This document shows positions 1-9,359 of a DNA stretch of 64,000 nucleotides, in pieces. A program made the translations under genes and the position numbers. The notes under the pieces were generated by a model. It saw nothing but the letters and a program-made list of their open reading frames with translations. It did no database searches and was not told where the DNA came from. Origin of the DNA: an uncultured Gemmatimonadales bacterium (GTDB lineage: Bacteria; Gemmatimonadota; Gemmatimonadetes; Gemmatimonadales; GWC2-71-9); contig CAWCVB010000005.1 in the NCBI GenBank assembly GCA_963798915.1, forward strand, positions 313,291 to 377,290. The letters are read 5' to 3'. Position 1 is the stretch's first letter; each line of letters opens with the position of its first letter.

Positions 1-36
1 CTTGACCGGCTTCTGCCCGCTCGAGCGGATCCTGGG
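1..36 (+). repeat. 36-bp direct repeat, left copy (right copy 3924-3959)
   Basis: cttgaccggcttctgcccgctcgagcggatcctggg is identical at 1-36 and 3924-3959; it may extend left of the window. Confidence 0.9.
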
Positions 37-85
37 CCGATGGCATCTGCTCGGATGTCAGCCTGGCAAGGTACCCGCCGACTGA
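1..85 (+). CDS. 3' end of DUF2892/YgaP-like membrane protein (partial at window edge)
   Basis: Frame from nt 2 reads LTGFCPLERILGRWHLLGCQPGKVPAD-stop; the TGFCP motif is typical of DUF2892. Confidence 0.7.
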   Translation, partial: LTGFCPLERILGRWHLLGCQPGKVPAD

Positions 86-1192
86 CGCTGGCTTCTTGGC
101 TTGCGCGTAATCGAATGATCTCGCGGCGGCACGCGTGACGAGGCTCAAGGCGACGAACTGCAGGTCATTCAGCCTTACGCTACACCTGCCATTGACCCGT
201 GCCGGGCGCCAGCTGCCGTTCGCTGTAGGTGGTGAAAGTCCCCTTGATGCGGCCGATTTTCCGCGTTCCCGTGCAGACCGTCTGCGGTGGTGCGGTCGCG
301 ATCCGGCCGCTCCAGGGCGGGTGCTCTTTCCTCACTGCATCGCGTTCGATCCGCACCAACCGGATCGTCGGCACCTCCGGAGCCGCCTGTCTTGCCATAG
401 CGGTTGACGCCCGGCGCTTCCACCGGCAGTAGAACGTCCTTCTCAATCTCGGTGAAGATGAGATTGAGTGACCACATTCATCCGCCGCCCCGTGCGGGTG
501 AAGGGAAGGGAGTTCCGAAAGCAGCGATCGCATAGAGTGTCAACCTCATCCTTGAACACGACCGCGGTCTGGTTTGCTTCGACGAGTTGCATGACAGCCC
601 TCGTCACGCGGGTGTGGGTGAGAATAGTACGATTCAATCATCCGTTTGTAGCCATGAAGGGCCCTAAAGGTCTTGCGTATGCTGCTGTCGGCGTCGGCGC
701 TACGCTGAATGACGGACCGAGTGACGATCATCATTTCTCATACGAGTCGCGGTCGCTGCATGGTGCCGGGAAGCCGTTCTCCCTGGCATCGGCCGTTACG
801 ATGCGGTTGTCGGCCTTCAGAGGGCAGCTCGCGGTTATTTCGGCTCGCCAGGATCCTGCCTTCAGTTGCGCACATTGTCTTTCGAATGCAGGGTGGCCTG
901 AGGAGTGCAACGGAGCGGCGATGGATCGTCCCTGCCAGCAACGGCCTGTCCCGCACTTGCACCGTTCGTGACCGCGTATGGGAAATTGGCCCGCTGCATG
1001 CTGAAATTGTATAATGGGCACGATGGGCACGATGGTCCGTCAATGCTCCTTGTTCAGCCGTGCTGGAATTCCTCACGTCGCAGAAGGCCGGGCTTCGAGG
1101 CCAGGATTCTTGGAGTAGCGATCCAGGCGACGGCACTGGTGCAACCAAGCGTCCCATTGATCCACAACCGTTACGATTCGGAGATCCGCGCC

Positions 1193-1756
1193 ATGAGCTC
1201 TTTCGCCTCCTGCGGTGTCAGTTGCCGCCTCCGCATGGTTCTTATTGCAGCGTGCCTGACCAGCTCGGTCGCCGCTGCGCAGCAGCCATCGGCGTCTGAT
1301 ACCGCGGTCGCCGAGCGGTGCCAAGGGCCGGAGTACCGCGAGTTTGACTTCTGGCTGGGAGCGTGGGAGGTCCGCGACTCTACCGGGAAAGTCCTCGGGC
1401 ACAACGAGATCCGCCCGGTGTCCGGCCAGTGCGCGCTGCTGGAGAATTGGCGCGGCGCGGGCGGGGGACGCGGCGTCAGCATTAATACCTACGACACCGA
1501 GCGGAGCAAGTGGACGCAGCGGTGGGTGGGCAGCGGCGCAACGCTGTGGCTGGAGGGCGGCCTTCAGCAGGGCGAGATGGTGCTGACCGGGACCGAGCTT
1601 CGCACCACTCCGCGCGGCAAGGTGCTGGACCGTATCACCTGGACCCCGCTGCCGGACGGCCGCGTCCGCCAGAGTTGGGACATTTCGGCTGATCGTGGTG
1701 CGACCTGGATGCACGCGTTTATCGGTTTCTATCACCCCGTCCGGCACTCATCCTGA
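1193..1756 (+). CDS. Secreted hypothetical protein (FDFWLGxW-type beta-barrel, DUF1579-like)
   Basis: Signal peptide ending AAA-QQ, then CxxPEYREFDFWLGAW and a C-terminal VRQSWDISADRGATW; the start may instead be 1235. Confidence 0.7.
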   Translation: MSSFASCGVSCRLRMVLIAACLTSSVAAAQQPSASDTAVAERCQGPEYREFDFWLGAWEVRDSTGKVLGHNEIRPVSGQCALLENWRGAGGGRGVSINTYDTERSKWTQRWVGSGATLWLEGGLQQGEMVLTGTELRTTPRGKVLDRITWTPLPDGRVRQSWDISADRGATWMHAFIGFYHPVRHSS

Positions 1757-1790
1757 TCGAACTCACCCACCCACTGACCCAGGAGGTCCG

Positions 1791-2186
1791 ATGACATTAC
1801 GGAAATCCGTCGCCCGCGTGATCGCGGGTGCCGTCGTGGGCTGGCTGGCACTCATGGTCCTGAGTTTTCCGTTGAGCCTTCTCATCAGTCGCCTTGCGCC
1901 GGGAGCGACCATGCTGTCGGATGGCGTCCTGTACCTGGACTTCGCCCTCAGCGTGCTGATAGTGGGCCTGGCCGGGTACGTTGCCACCCGGATTGGCGGG
2001 CGGGCCAGCACTTACATCATGGCTGCGCTGATCGTGGCCAGCACGATTGCCGCGCCGGCGCGGAACTGGCCGGGCGCGGCCGGATGGGCGTACGCCGCTT
2101 TCGCGGTCGTCATTCTGTACATCGTGGCCTCGCTCTCGAAGGCGCGTGTAGTGCGACGCGGGCGTCTGAGCGGGAGCCCGAGCTGA
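1791..2186 (+). CDS. Small hypothetical membrane protein (about 4 TM helices)
   Basis: AGGAGG at 1781-1786 before ATG; four hydrophobic segments. Confidence 0.7.
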   Translation: MTLRKSVARVIAGAVVGWLALMVLSFPLSLLISRLAPGATMLSDGVLYLDFALSVLIVGLAGYVATRIGGRASTYIMAALIVASTIAAPARNWPGAAGWAYAAFAVVILYIVASLSKARVVRRGRLSGSPS

Positions 2187-2339
2187 CGAAACCTCTCATA
2201 GCGACGTTTCACTCCATGCGAGTCGTGTGAAACCCCTGTTGAGCAGCCCTCGGGGCGGAACCGACGACCAGCAGGCATGGCCAAAGCAACTGGATCTGGC
2301 TCGCGGCGATGACACTCGCGCTGGCGTCTCGATGGCGCT

Positions 2340-2766
2340 CCCGCCGGGATCGATGATCGCGGTCTCGGCCGAGGTGCCAATGGGGTGGGACTCCTCGGGG
2401 CTGATCCTGTCGCCGAGACCTCCCTTGTCGCGCGCGCCCGGCGGTTCTTGGCCTTGCTGGAGCATGAGGCCCACCCAGCCCCGGTGGGATGCACAATTCG
2501 GGTCGGAGCGGGCGCTCGTCGCATGGCGTGAGCAGCCGCATTCGGCCACCGCGGTCATGCGTGAGATCAACGGCTACTATCGCCTGCTCGAGCGAGGCTG
2601 GATGACGACTGAAGTGACCTACTTCTTCAATGACACGGGGCGGATTGAGAGGCTGCTGATCCGCGGAGTGGGAGAGCGGCCACTCGGTCGTACCGAGGAG
2701 TTCCAGGCGTGGTTTCGACGGTTGCTGCACCAGTGGCGCCAGGCGACGGGTCTGCCTGCGAAGTGA
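2340..2766 (+). pseudogene. Degraded fragment, possibly NTF2/SnoaL-like
   Basis: The C-terminus (VMREINGYYRLL...TEVTYFFNDTGRIERLLI) looks protein-like; an upstream part (ETSLVARARRFLALLEHE) lies in another frame; start approximate. Confidence 0.35.
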
Positions 2767-2938
2767 CACATGCCGTTCCTCACCGAGTCGAGCGCCCGAT
2801 CTGATGCCTCCGTTGAGGAGGGGCGCGCGCCCGAGGTCACTCCATACGTCTGCGGCTTACGCGTTCCGATACCATCCGTGACAGCAGGTGCGGTATGCGC
2901 GCTGCCAACTGCTGAAATCGCAGGACCGGGACGGACAA

Positions 2939-3778
2939 ATGACTAAGCTCTCACCGGCAACAATTGCGTTGGTCACTGGGATGCTATGCGCCACGTCCGG
3001 CGCGCAGGCACAACGAACAGCGGACGGCACGTCCGAAGCCTCGATGTCACTGGTGGCCGCCGAACGGGCGTTTGCACAGGATGCCAGTGTACGCACCATC
3101 AACGAGGCCTTTCTGGCGGTCTTGTCTGACAGCGCCATGATTTTGCGGCCCACACCGGTGATCGGGCGCACGTCGCTCGGTCAGCGACCCCTGCGAACCA
3201 CGCTCTCGCGGGTCTGGGCCCCGACTTACGTGGAGACCTCGAGCGATGGCCTGTTCGGTTTTGACGGTGGGCCGGAGGAAATTGGAGAGCGTGGCCAGCC
3301 GCCGACGATCACTGGGTATTTCTTCTCAATGTGGCGCCGCATTGACGGTGTGTGGCGGCTCGAGAGCAATTGCGGCATAACCTCACCAATTCGGGTGCGT
3401 CCCGAGAATGCCGCGCCCTTGCTCACCGCACGCACAACCAATAGCGAGATCCTGGACGAGCGGCAGCTCTGGGATGTGGAGCGATGGCTGATTGAGGATT
3501 ACAAGCGCCGGTTCGCGCAGCTCGCAGACGACGATGTGCGCGTCTATCGCGAAGGAACCGTGCCCACGACCACGCGCGGTGATGCGATCGCGCTGGTCAA
3601 CCATGATAGGGATGTCGACCAATCGATACTGCGCGTGGAAATGGTCGGGTCGGCTGAGCTTGGTTACGCCATCGGAGTGCTCGACCCGAATGGTCCCAAC
3701 CCGCGTGGCTATCAGCGCATGTACCGCCATGGGAAGGACGGCACATGGCGGATCGCGGTTGACTGCCACCCCGGGTGA
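2939..3778 (+). CDS. Secreted tandem NTF2-like/DUF4440 domain protein
   Basis: Signal peptide AQA; SLVAAERAFA..AFL, GYFFSMWRR..GVWR, and a second repeat ending GYQRMYRH..DGTWRIAVD. Confidence 0.75.
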   Translation: MTKLSPATIALVTGMLCATSGAQAQRTADGTSEASMSLVAAERAFAQDASVRTINEAFLAVLSDSAMILRPTPVIGRTSLGQRPLRTTLSRVWAPTYVETSSDGLFGFDGGPEEIGERGQPPTITGYFFSMWRRIDGVWRLESNCGITSPIRVRPENAAPLLTARTTNSEILDERQLWDVERWLIEDYKRRFAQLADDDVRVYREGTVPTTTRGDAIALVNHDRDVDQSILRVEMVGSAELGYAIGVLDPNGPNPRGYQRMYRHGKDGTWRIAVDCHPG

Positions 3779-3894
3779 TTGCGCGAGCACCTCATTCCTT
3801 CTCTTTCGCCTGCTGTCGCGGACATTCCTCTTCTATCGCAAGTGCATGCGATACCTGCCCTGGCCACAGCTTGGCACAGTGCGCTGCGTTTCAT

Positions 3895-4026
3895 ATCGTG
3901 GGTCTCAACCTGATGCAATCGAGCTTGACCGGCTTCTGCCCGCTCGAGCGGATCCTGGGTCGGTTTCATGCCTTCGGGTGCCGCCCTGGCGGCCTGCCGG
4001 CTGAATCACGGCCGGGAGAGTTCTGA
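3895..4026 (+). pseudogene. 5'-truncated second copy of the DUF2892 gene 3' half
   Basis: IVGLNLMQSSLTGFCPLERILGRFHAFGC...stop, with no credible N-terminal TM helix or start upstream. Confidence 0.65.
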
Positions 4027-4239
4027 TCCCGACCGATGGGGCATGGACCGGCGGCGCTGGCCGGACCTCTGGTTGGCTCCGCACCCACAGGTCATCGGGC
4101 GGTCATGGCGGCCGGCTCCGGGCGAATCGGACGCGCCGGAATGGGCGACCGTTCGGGTCTCCCGGCTGGAGCCGCCATTGCGCGGCCCCACCGGCCGCCG
4201 GTCGGAAGTATTCTTCGGAGCCTCAACCGACAAGATTGC

Positions 4240-4953
4240 ATGCCTGAGAGAAGCGTGGATGGCCAGGGGACGGTGCTCGTCATTGACGACGAGCCGCAGA
4301 TCCGGCGTGTCGTTCGTAACGCGCTGGCGGAGGAATTTCTGCGCGTTCTCGAGGCAGCCACCGGGCAGAAAGGCATCGATCTGGCCGCCGCCGAGCGGCC
4401 GACGCTCGTGGTACTGGATCTCGGCCTTCCTGACATGGCGGGGCTCCTCGTTTGCCGTGAACTGCGCAAGTGGTGCACGGCACCGGTCATCGTGCTGTCG
4501 GCCCGACATTCCGACGCGGAGAAGGTGGCGTTGTTGGACGCCGGTGCCGACGACTACATGACCAAACCCTTCAGCACGGCGGAGTTCCAGGCCCGGGTCA
4601 GGGCTCAGGTGCGGCGGGCGCGAACAAGCGGGAGGCCCGCCGAGTCCCCGATCGTCAGGCTCGGCGATGTCGCGGTCGATGTGGCGGCGCGAACGATCAC
4701 GCGCGCGGGGGAGCCCATCCACCTTACGCCCACGGAATGGAGCCTGTTGCGAGCATTCGTGAAGCATCTGGGCCGGACACTCACTCACCAGCAGATCTTT
4801 CATGAGGTGTGGGGTGGCGCCGCCGGCGATGCCCAGGCCTACCTTCGAGTCCATATCGCGAACCTGCGACGCAAGCTCGAGCGCGACCCGGTGAGGCCCA
4901 GGCTGATCCACACCGAGCCCGGCGTTGGGTATCGCCTCGAGGCCCATGGCTGA
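4240..4953 (+). CDS. kdpE: KdpE-type OmpR-family response regulator
   Basis: VLVIDDEPQIRR, LDLGLPD, GADDYMTKPF, HLTPTEW, YLRVHIANLRRKLE, TEPGVGYR; next to kdp genes. Confidence 0.9.
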   Translation: MPERSVDGQGTVLVIDDEPQIRRVVRNALAEEFLRVLEAATGQKGIDLAAAERPTLVVLDLGLPDMAGLLVCRELRKWCTAPVIVLSARHSDAEKVALLDAGADDYMTKPFSTAEFQARVRAQVRRARTSGRPAESPIVRLGDVAVDVAARTITRAGEPIHLTPTEWSLLRAFVKHLGRTLTHQQIFHEVWGGAAGDAQAYLRVHIANLRRKLERDPVRPRLIHTEPGVGYRLEAHG

Positions 4954-6506
4954 GGTTCGGACGAGGCGGTGGCGTCGGCTTGGATGGACGGTGCTGTGGT
5001 GGCCACTGCTGCTGGCGCTGGCGACCGCCGGGCTCGTTGCGCTGCGCGGGCACCTCGATAAGGCGCATGCGGCGCTCGTCTACCTGCTCGTGGTCCTGGG
5101 CGCGAGTGCGCGGCGGGGGCGACGTACCGGATTGCTCATTGCGGTGCTCGCATTCCTCGCCTTCAACTTCTTTCTCCTGCCGCCCTACTACACCTTCGTC
5201 ATCGCCGATCCACTCGACTGGCTTGTGCTCGCCGTCTTTCTCGCCACGGGCGCGGTCGCCGCCCAGCTGCTCGACCGGGCCCAGCGGCAGGCGAGTCTGG
5301 CGCAACGCCGCGCCGAGGAGGTCGAACGCCTCTCAGCGCTGGGCGCGGAAACCCTGAGCGCGCCGCGCGCCACAGATGCTGTCGACGCAATCGCCCGCGT
5401 AATCCGGACCACACTCGGCATCGACCAGTGCGAGATCTACGCGTACGATCCGACCGGTGGAATCCTGCGGGCCGCAGGCGTGGGAGTACTTGAGGGCTCT
5501 GACCAGGACTTCCTGCAGCTGCTACCCTACGCAGCGGAGCACGGCATCGTGGCGACCCGCCGCGTGGATGGGACGGCGCAGGTCGGAGGGACGGTGGGCC
5601 AGGGCCTGGGCGACGCGCTGGCTCTCCATCCCGACGCGAACGACATGGTGTACCCGCTCCGCACCCATGGCATCACTCGCGGCCTCCTGCGTCTGGCCAA
5701 TCGCGACGGGCTGCGGTTGGATTCGGCACGGCGGCGCTTCGCCGAGGCGCTGGGCGTACTATGCCGCGCTCGGCGTGGATCGGATGCATCTGGCGCGCGA
5801 GGCTGAGCACGCACACGCGCTCAGAGAGGCGGACCGCCTGAAGGACGCGCTGCTCGCGTCGGTGTCACATGACCTGCGGACCCCGCTCACGACCATCAAG
5901 GGACTCGCGCAGGAGATCTGGCAGACTGGCGATGAGCGCGCCTGCGTGATCGAAGAGGAGGCGGACCGGCTCAGCCGATTCGTCGCCGACCTTCTCGACC
6001 TCTCGCGCATCGACAGCGGCGTCCGAGTGGAGCCGGAGCTGAACGCGGCCGAGGATCTGGTCGGGGTGGCGGTCCAGCGCGCCACCGGGGCGCTCAACGG
6101 GCACGAACTCCGGATCCGGCTGCCGCCAATGGATGATCTCCTCGTCGGCCGCTTCGATCTGGTGCACGCGACGCGAATTCTGGTCAACTTGCTGGAGAAC
6201 GCCGCGAAGTATTCTCCGCCAGCGGCGCCGGTGGATCTCACGGTCGAGCGCGAAACCGGGATATTGCTCGTCTGCGTTGCCGACCTTGGACCGGGTGTCC
6301 CCGCCGCTGAGCGAGATCGCATCTTCGAACCTTTCTACCGCCTGGGTACCACGCCGGACGTCGGCGGGAGCGGACTCGGGCTGGCCATTGCGCGACGCCT
6401 CGCCGAGGCGCAGGGCGGCTCGGTGCAATATGCGCCGCGACCCGGTGGCGGAAGTATTTTCGAGCTCCGGCTTCCCGCCGCCGATCTCCCCTCCACCATT
6501 TCTTAA
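4946..6506 (+). CDS. Short KdpD-like sensor histidine kinase (DUF4118-GAF-HisKA-HATPase); one frameshift near 5752
   Basis: 4-TM segment with FNFFLLPPYYTF; H-box LLASVSHDLRTPL; NLLENAAKYS and GSGLGLAI; split over ORFs 4925-5806 and 5457-6506 by an extra G in ctgggcgtac. Confidence 0.85.
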
Positions 6507-6550
6507 CAACTCCTTAATATCGGCGCCGCTCGCCTTTGTGCGGCGTTAAC
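6502..6550 (+). promoter_or_regulatory. Candidate KdpE/OmpR-type binding site
   Basis: AT-rich CTTAA repeated at 11-bp spacing (6502, 6513), with further TT boxes at about 6535 and 6546, just upstream of the porin-kdpFABC unit. Confidence 0.45.
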
Positions 6551-6573
6551 GGCTGCGTCCGTAGCTTGGCTCC

Positions 6574-7371
6574 ATGGAATCAGCCTCAGTTGCACGATGC
6601 ATTGGCGTTATCGCCTTGGGCCTGGTGCTCGTCCTCTGGCGACCGGCCGCCGCGCAGGATGCGCGCGATCCGATCAGCACTGATCGGCCAGGCCTGGGAT
6701 TCTCGGCCAGATCGCTGCCCGCCGGGGCTGTGCAGGTGGAAACCGGCCTGCCGGCAATCGCGCTTGACGACGAGGCCGGTGCGCACGCCCGCACCTTCAG
6801 CTTTCCGACACTCCTGCGTGCCGGCGTGGCACGCGGGATCGAGCTTCGAGCAGCCAGTCCGATCTATACGTCGAGCCGTGTCAGTGCCGCCGGTACCGCC
6901 TCAACGACGAGCGGTTTCGGTGGTCTCGAACTCGGCGCCAAGCTCACTACTGCACTGGCGAGAGGTCCCGCGCTCGCCCTGATCCCATCGGTAATTCTCC
7001 CGCTCGGTGACGACGCGGTGACCGCCGACCGCGCAGGCTACACCCTGAATGCGGTTGCCTCATGGTCGTTGCCCGGCGGGACCGGACTGACCGGCGTCGC
7101 GGGTGGCGCCCTGAATCCCGGCGCGCCCGGCGATTACAACGTAGCCGGCGGCTTCGTCGGGGTCGTCTCGCACGCGCTGGCGGCCCGGACCGGCGGCTAC
7201 GCGGAAGGCGGTTGGTATCCCACGGAGGGCGCGCCCAATCCGGCCTACGCCGGCGTGGGTGTCACCTGGCTCGTGCAGCCGATGGTCCAGCTCGACGCTT
7301 TCGTGGACCGCGGCCTCACCGGCGCCGCAACTGACTGGATCTTTGGTGCCGGCGCTTCGGCGCGCTTCTAG
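6574..7371 (+). CDS. Outer-membrane beta-barrel 'transporter' (MetA/phenol-degradation-like putative porin)
   Basis: Signal peptide, N-terminal ISTDRPG motif, alternating beta-strands, C-terminal ARF. Confidence 0.75.
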   Translation: MESASVARCIGVIALGLVLVLWRPAAAQDARDPISTDRPGLGFSARSLPAGAVQVETGLPAIALDDEAGAHARTFSFPTLLRAGVARGIELRAASPIYTSSRVSAAGTASTTSGFGGLELGAKLTTALARGPALALIPSVILPLGDDAVTADRAGYTLNAVASWSLPGGTGLTGVAGGALNPGAPGDYNVAGGFVGVVSHALAARTGGYAEGGWYPTEGAPNPAYAGVGVTWLVQPMVQLDAFVDRGLTGAATDWIFGAGASARF

Positions 7372-7403
7372 GCGCCTGAGGCTTTCACTGGAGGAGCTGA
7401 ACC

Positions 7404-7496
7404 ATGGCGGACCTGGTCTTCGTTGTACTCACCGCGCTCTTCTTCGTTCTGTCGTGGGGCCTCGTCCGCCTGGCGGATCGGCTCCGGGGGGAATGA
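7404..7496 (+). CDS. 30-aa single-TM peptide upstream of kdpF
   Basis: GGAGGAG RBS; MADLVFVVLTALFFVLSWGLVRLADRLRGE-stop; its stop overlaps the kdpF ATG. Confidence 0.7.
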   Translation: MADLVFVVLTALFFVLSWGLVRLADRLRGE

Positions 7497-7588
7497 TGAC
7501 CGTCTGGTACTGGATCGGCGGCGCTATCGCGCTGCTGCTGTTCGGCTATCTCGTGGTCGCGCTGCTGATGCCGGAGCGGTTCTCATGA
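7493..7588 (+). CDS. kdpF: K+-transporting ATPase subunit F
   Basis: [31 protein letters not shown] with the YL..AL..PERF signature; ATGA overlap with kdpA. Confidence 0.9.
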   Translation: MMTVWYWIGGAIALLLFGYLVVALLMPERFS

Positions 7589-9337
7589 GCGTCAATGGCT
7601 GGGTGCAGCTGGTGCTCTACATGGCTGTTCTGCTGCTGCTCGTCAAGCCGCTCGGCGCCTGGATGGCGCGCGTCTACGAGGGCCGTTCCCTCTTTGGCCT
7701 CGAGCGCGTGCTCGGGCCCGTCGAGCGGCTGCTCTACCGCCTGTCCGGCGTTCGGCCGGAGCAGGAGATGCGTTGGACTACCTATGCGGCTGGCAATGCT
7801 GCTGTTCAATGCGGCCGGCCTGCTGTTCGTCTACCTGCTGCAGCGCCTGCAGGGTGTTCTCCCGCTCAACCCTGCTGGCATGCGGGGGGTGGCTCCGCAC
7901 TCCGCATGGAACGTCGCGGTAGCTTCGCGACCAACACGAACTGGCAGAACTACGGCGGCGAGACCACGCTCAGTTATTTGACACAGATGCTCGGCCTCAC
8001 GGTCCAGAACTTCATGTCGGCCGCCACCGGGATGGCGGTGCTTGTTGCGCTGATCCGCGGGCTCGCGCGCCGCCAGGCGTCGAGCATCGGCAATTTCTGG
8101 GTCGATCTCACCCGCACGACGCTCTACATCCTCCTGCCGTCTGGCAGTCGTCCTCGCGCTGGCTGCAGACTCTCACAGGGCGTGGTGCAAACGCTCGACC
8201 CCTACGCCAGCGCTACGCTGATCGAGCCGGTAGCCGGGCGACAGCGACCGTCGTGACGCATCAATCAATCGCACTGGGTCCGGCCAGCTCGCAGGTCGCG
8301 ATCAAGCAGCTCGGCACCAACGGCGGCGGCTTTTTCAACGTCAACTCGGCGCATCCGTTCGAGAATCCGACGCCGGTGTCGAACTTCTCGAGATGCTCGC
8401 GATCCTGCTGATTCCAGCGGCCTCTGACCTACACCTTCGGGCGCATGGTCGGGGACACCCGCCAGGGGTGGGCCGTCCTCGCGGCTATGACGATCATCTT
8501 CGTCCCGCTGCTTGCTGCCGGACGGTGGCGGAGCAGTCCGGCAATCCGGCGTTGACCGCGTTCGGGGTGGACCAGGCGGCGACGCCGCTGCAGGCCGGGC
8601 GGCAACATGGAGGGGAAGGAGGCGCGCTTCGGCATCGCCGCAACTGGCGCTTGGGCCGTGGCGACGACCGCCGCGTCGAACGGCTCCGTCAACTCGATGC
8701 ACGACTCCTACACTCCGCTCGGCGGCCTCATTCCTTTGTGGCTCATCCAGCTCGGTGAGGTGATCTATGGTGGGGTCGGTCCGGCCTCTACGGGCTTCTC
8801 GTATTCGTCATCGTCGGCGTGTTCGTGGCCGGGCTCATGGTGGGTCGCACCCCCGAGTATCTCGGCAAGAAGATCGAGCCGTTCGAGATGAAGATGGCCG
8901 CGATCGCGGTTCTGGTACCGCCGGCGATGGTGCTCGATGGCGCCGCCATTGCCGTGGTGGCGCCATCGGGTGTCGCGGCCATTCAGGACCCGGGGCCGCA
9001 CGGCTTTTCGGAGGTTCTCTACGCCTTCAGCTCGATGGGCAACAACAACGGCAGCGCCTTCGCCGGTTATGGCGCCAACACTCCGCTGGTCAACACGCTG
9101 GGTGGTATCGCGATGCTCTTCGCCCGCTATTGGGTGGCGCTTCCGGTGCTGGCGATCGCCGGCTCGATGGCTGCGAAGAAGCGGGTCCCGGCCGGGCCCG
9201 GCACCTTGCCCACCCACACGCCACTCTTCGTCCTGGTGCTCGCCGCCGTGGTGATCGTGGTGGGTGCCCTGACCTTCATTCCGGCGCTGGCGCTCGGCCC
9301 GCTGGCCGAACAGTTCGCGCTGTTCACCGGCCGGTGA
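7585..9337 (+). CDS. kdpA: K+-transporting ATPase subunit A (several frameshifts as sequenced)
   Basis: [49 protein letters not shown] and NNGSAFAG motifs spread over different frames. Confidence 0.9.
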
Positions 9338-9359
9338 CCGCGGACCGAGGAGGCGTATC

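Noticed and set aside
175..740. Minus-strand ORF fragments as a toxin or integrase remnant
   Set aside because: No motif could be recognised in any frame; BLASTx would be needed
86..3890. Integron cassette array
   Set aside because: No RYYYAAC...GTTRRRY attC structures or integrase were recognisable
3871..3890. Sigma-54 promoter (TGGCAC...TGC)
   Set aside because: GG-to-GC spacing does not match the required GG-N10-GC, and no intact gene follows
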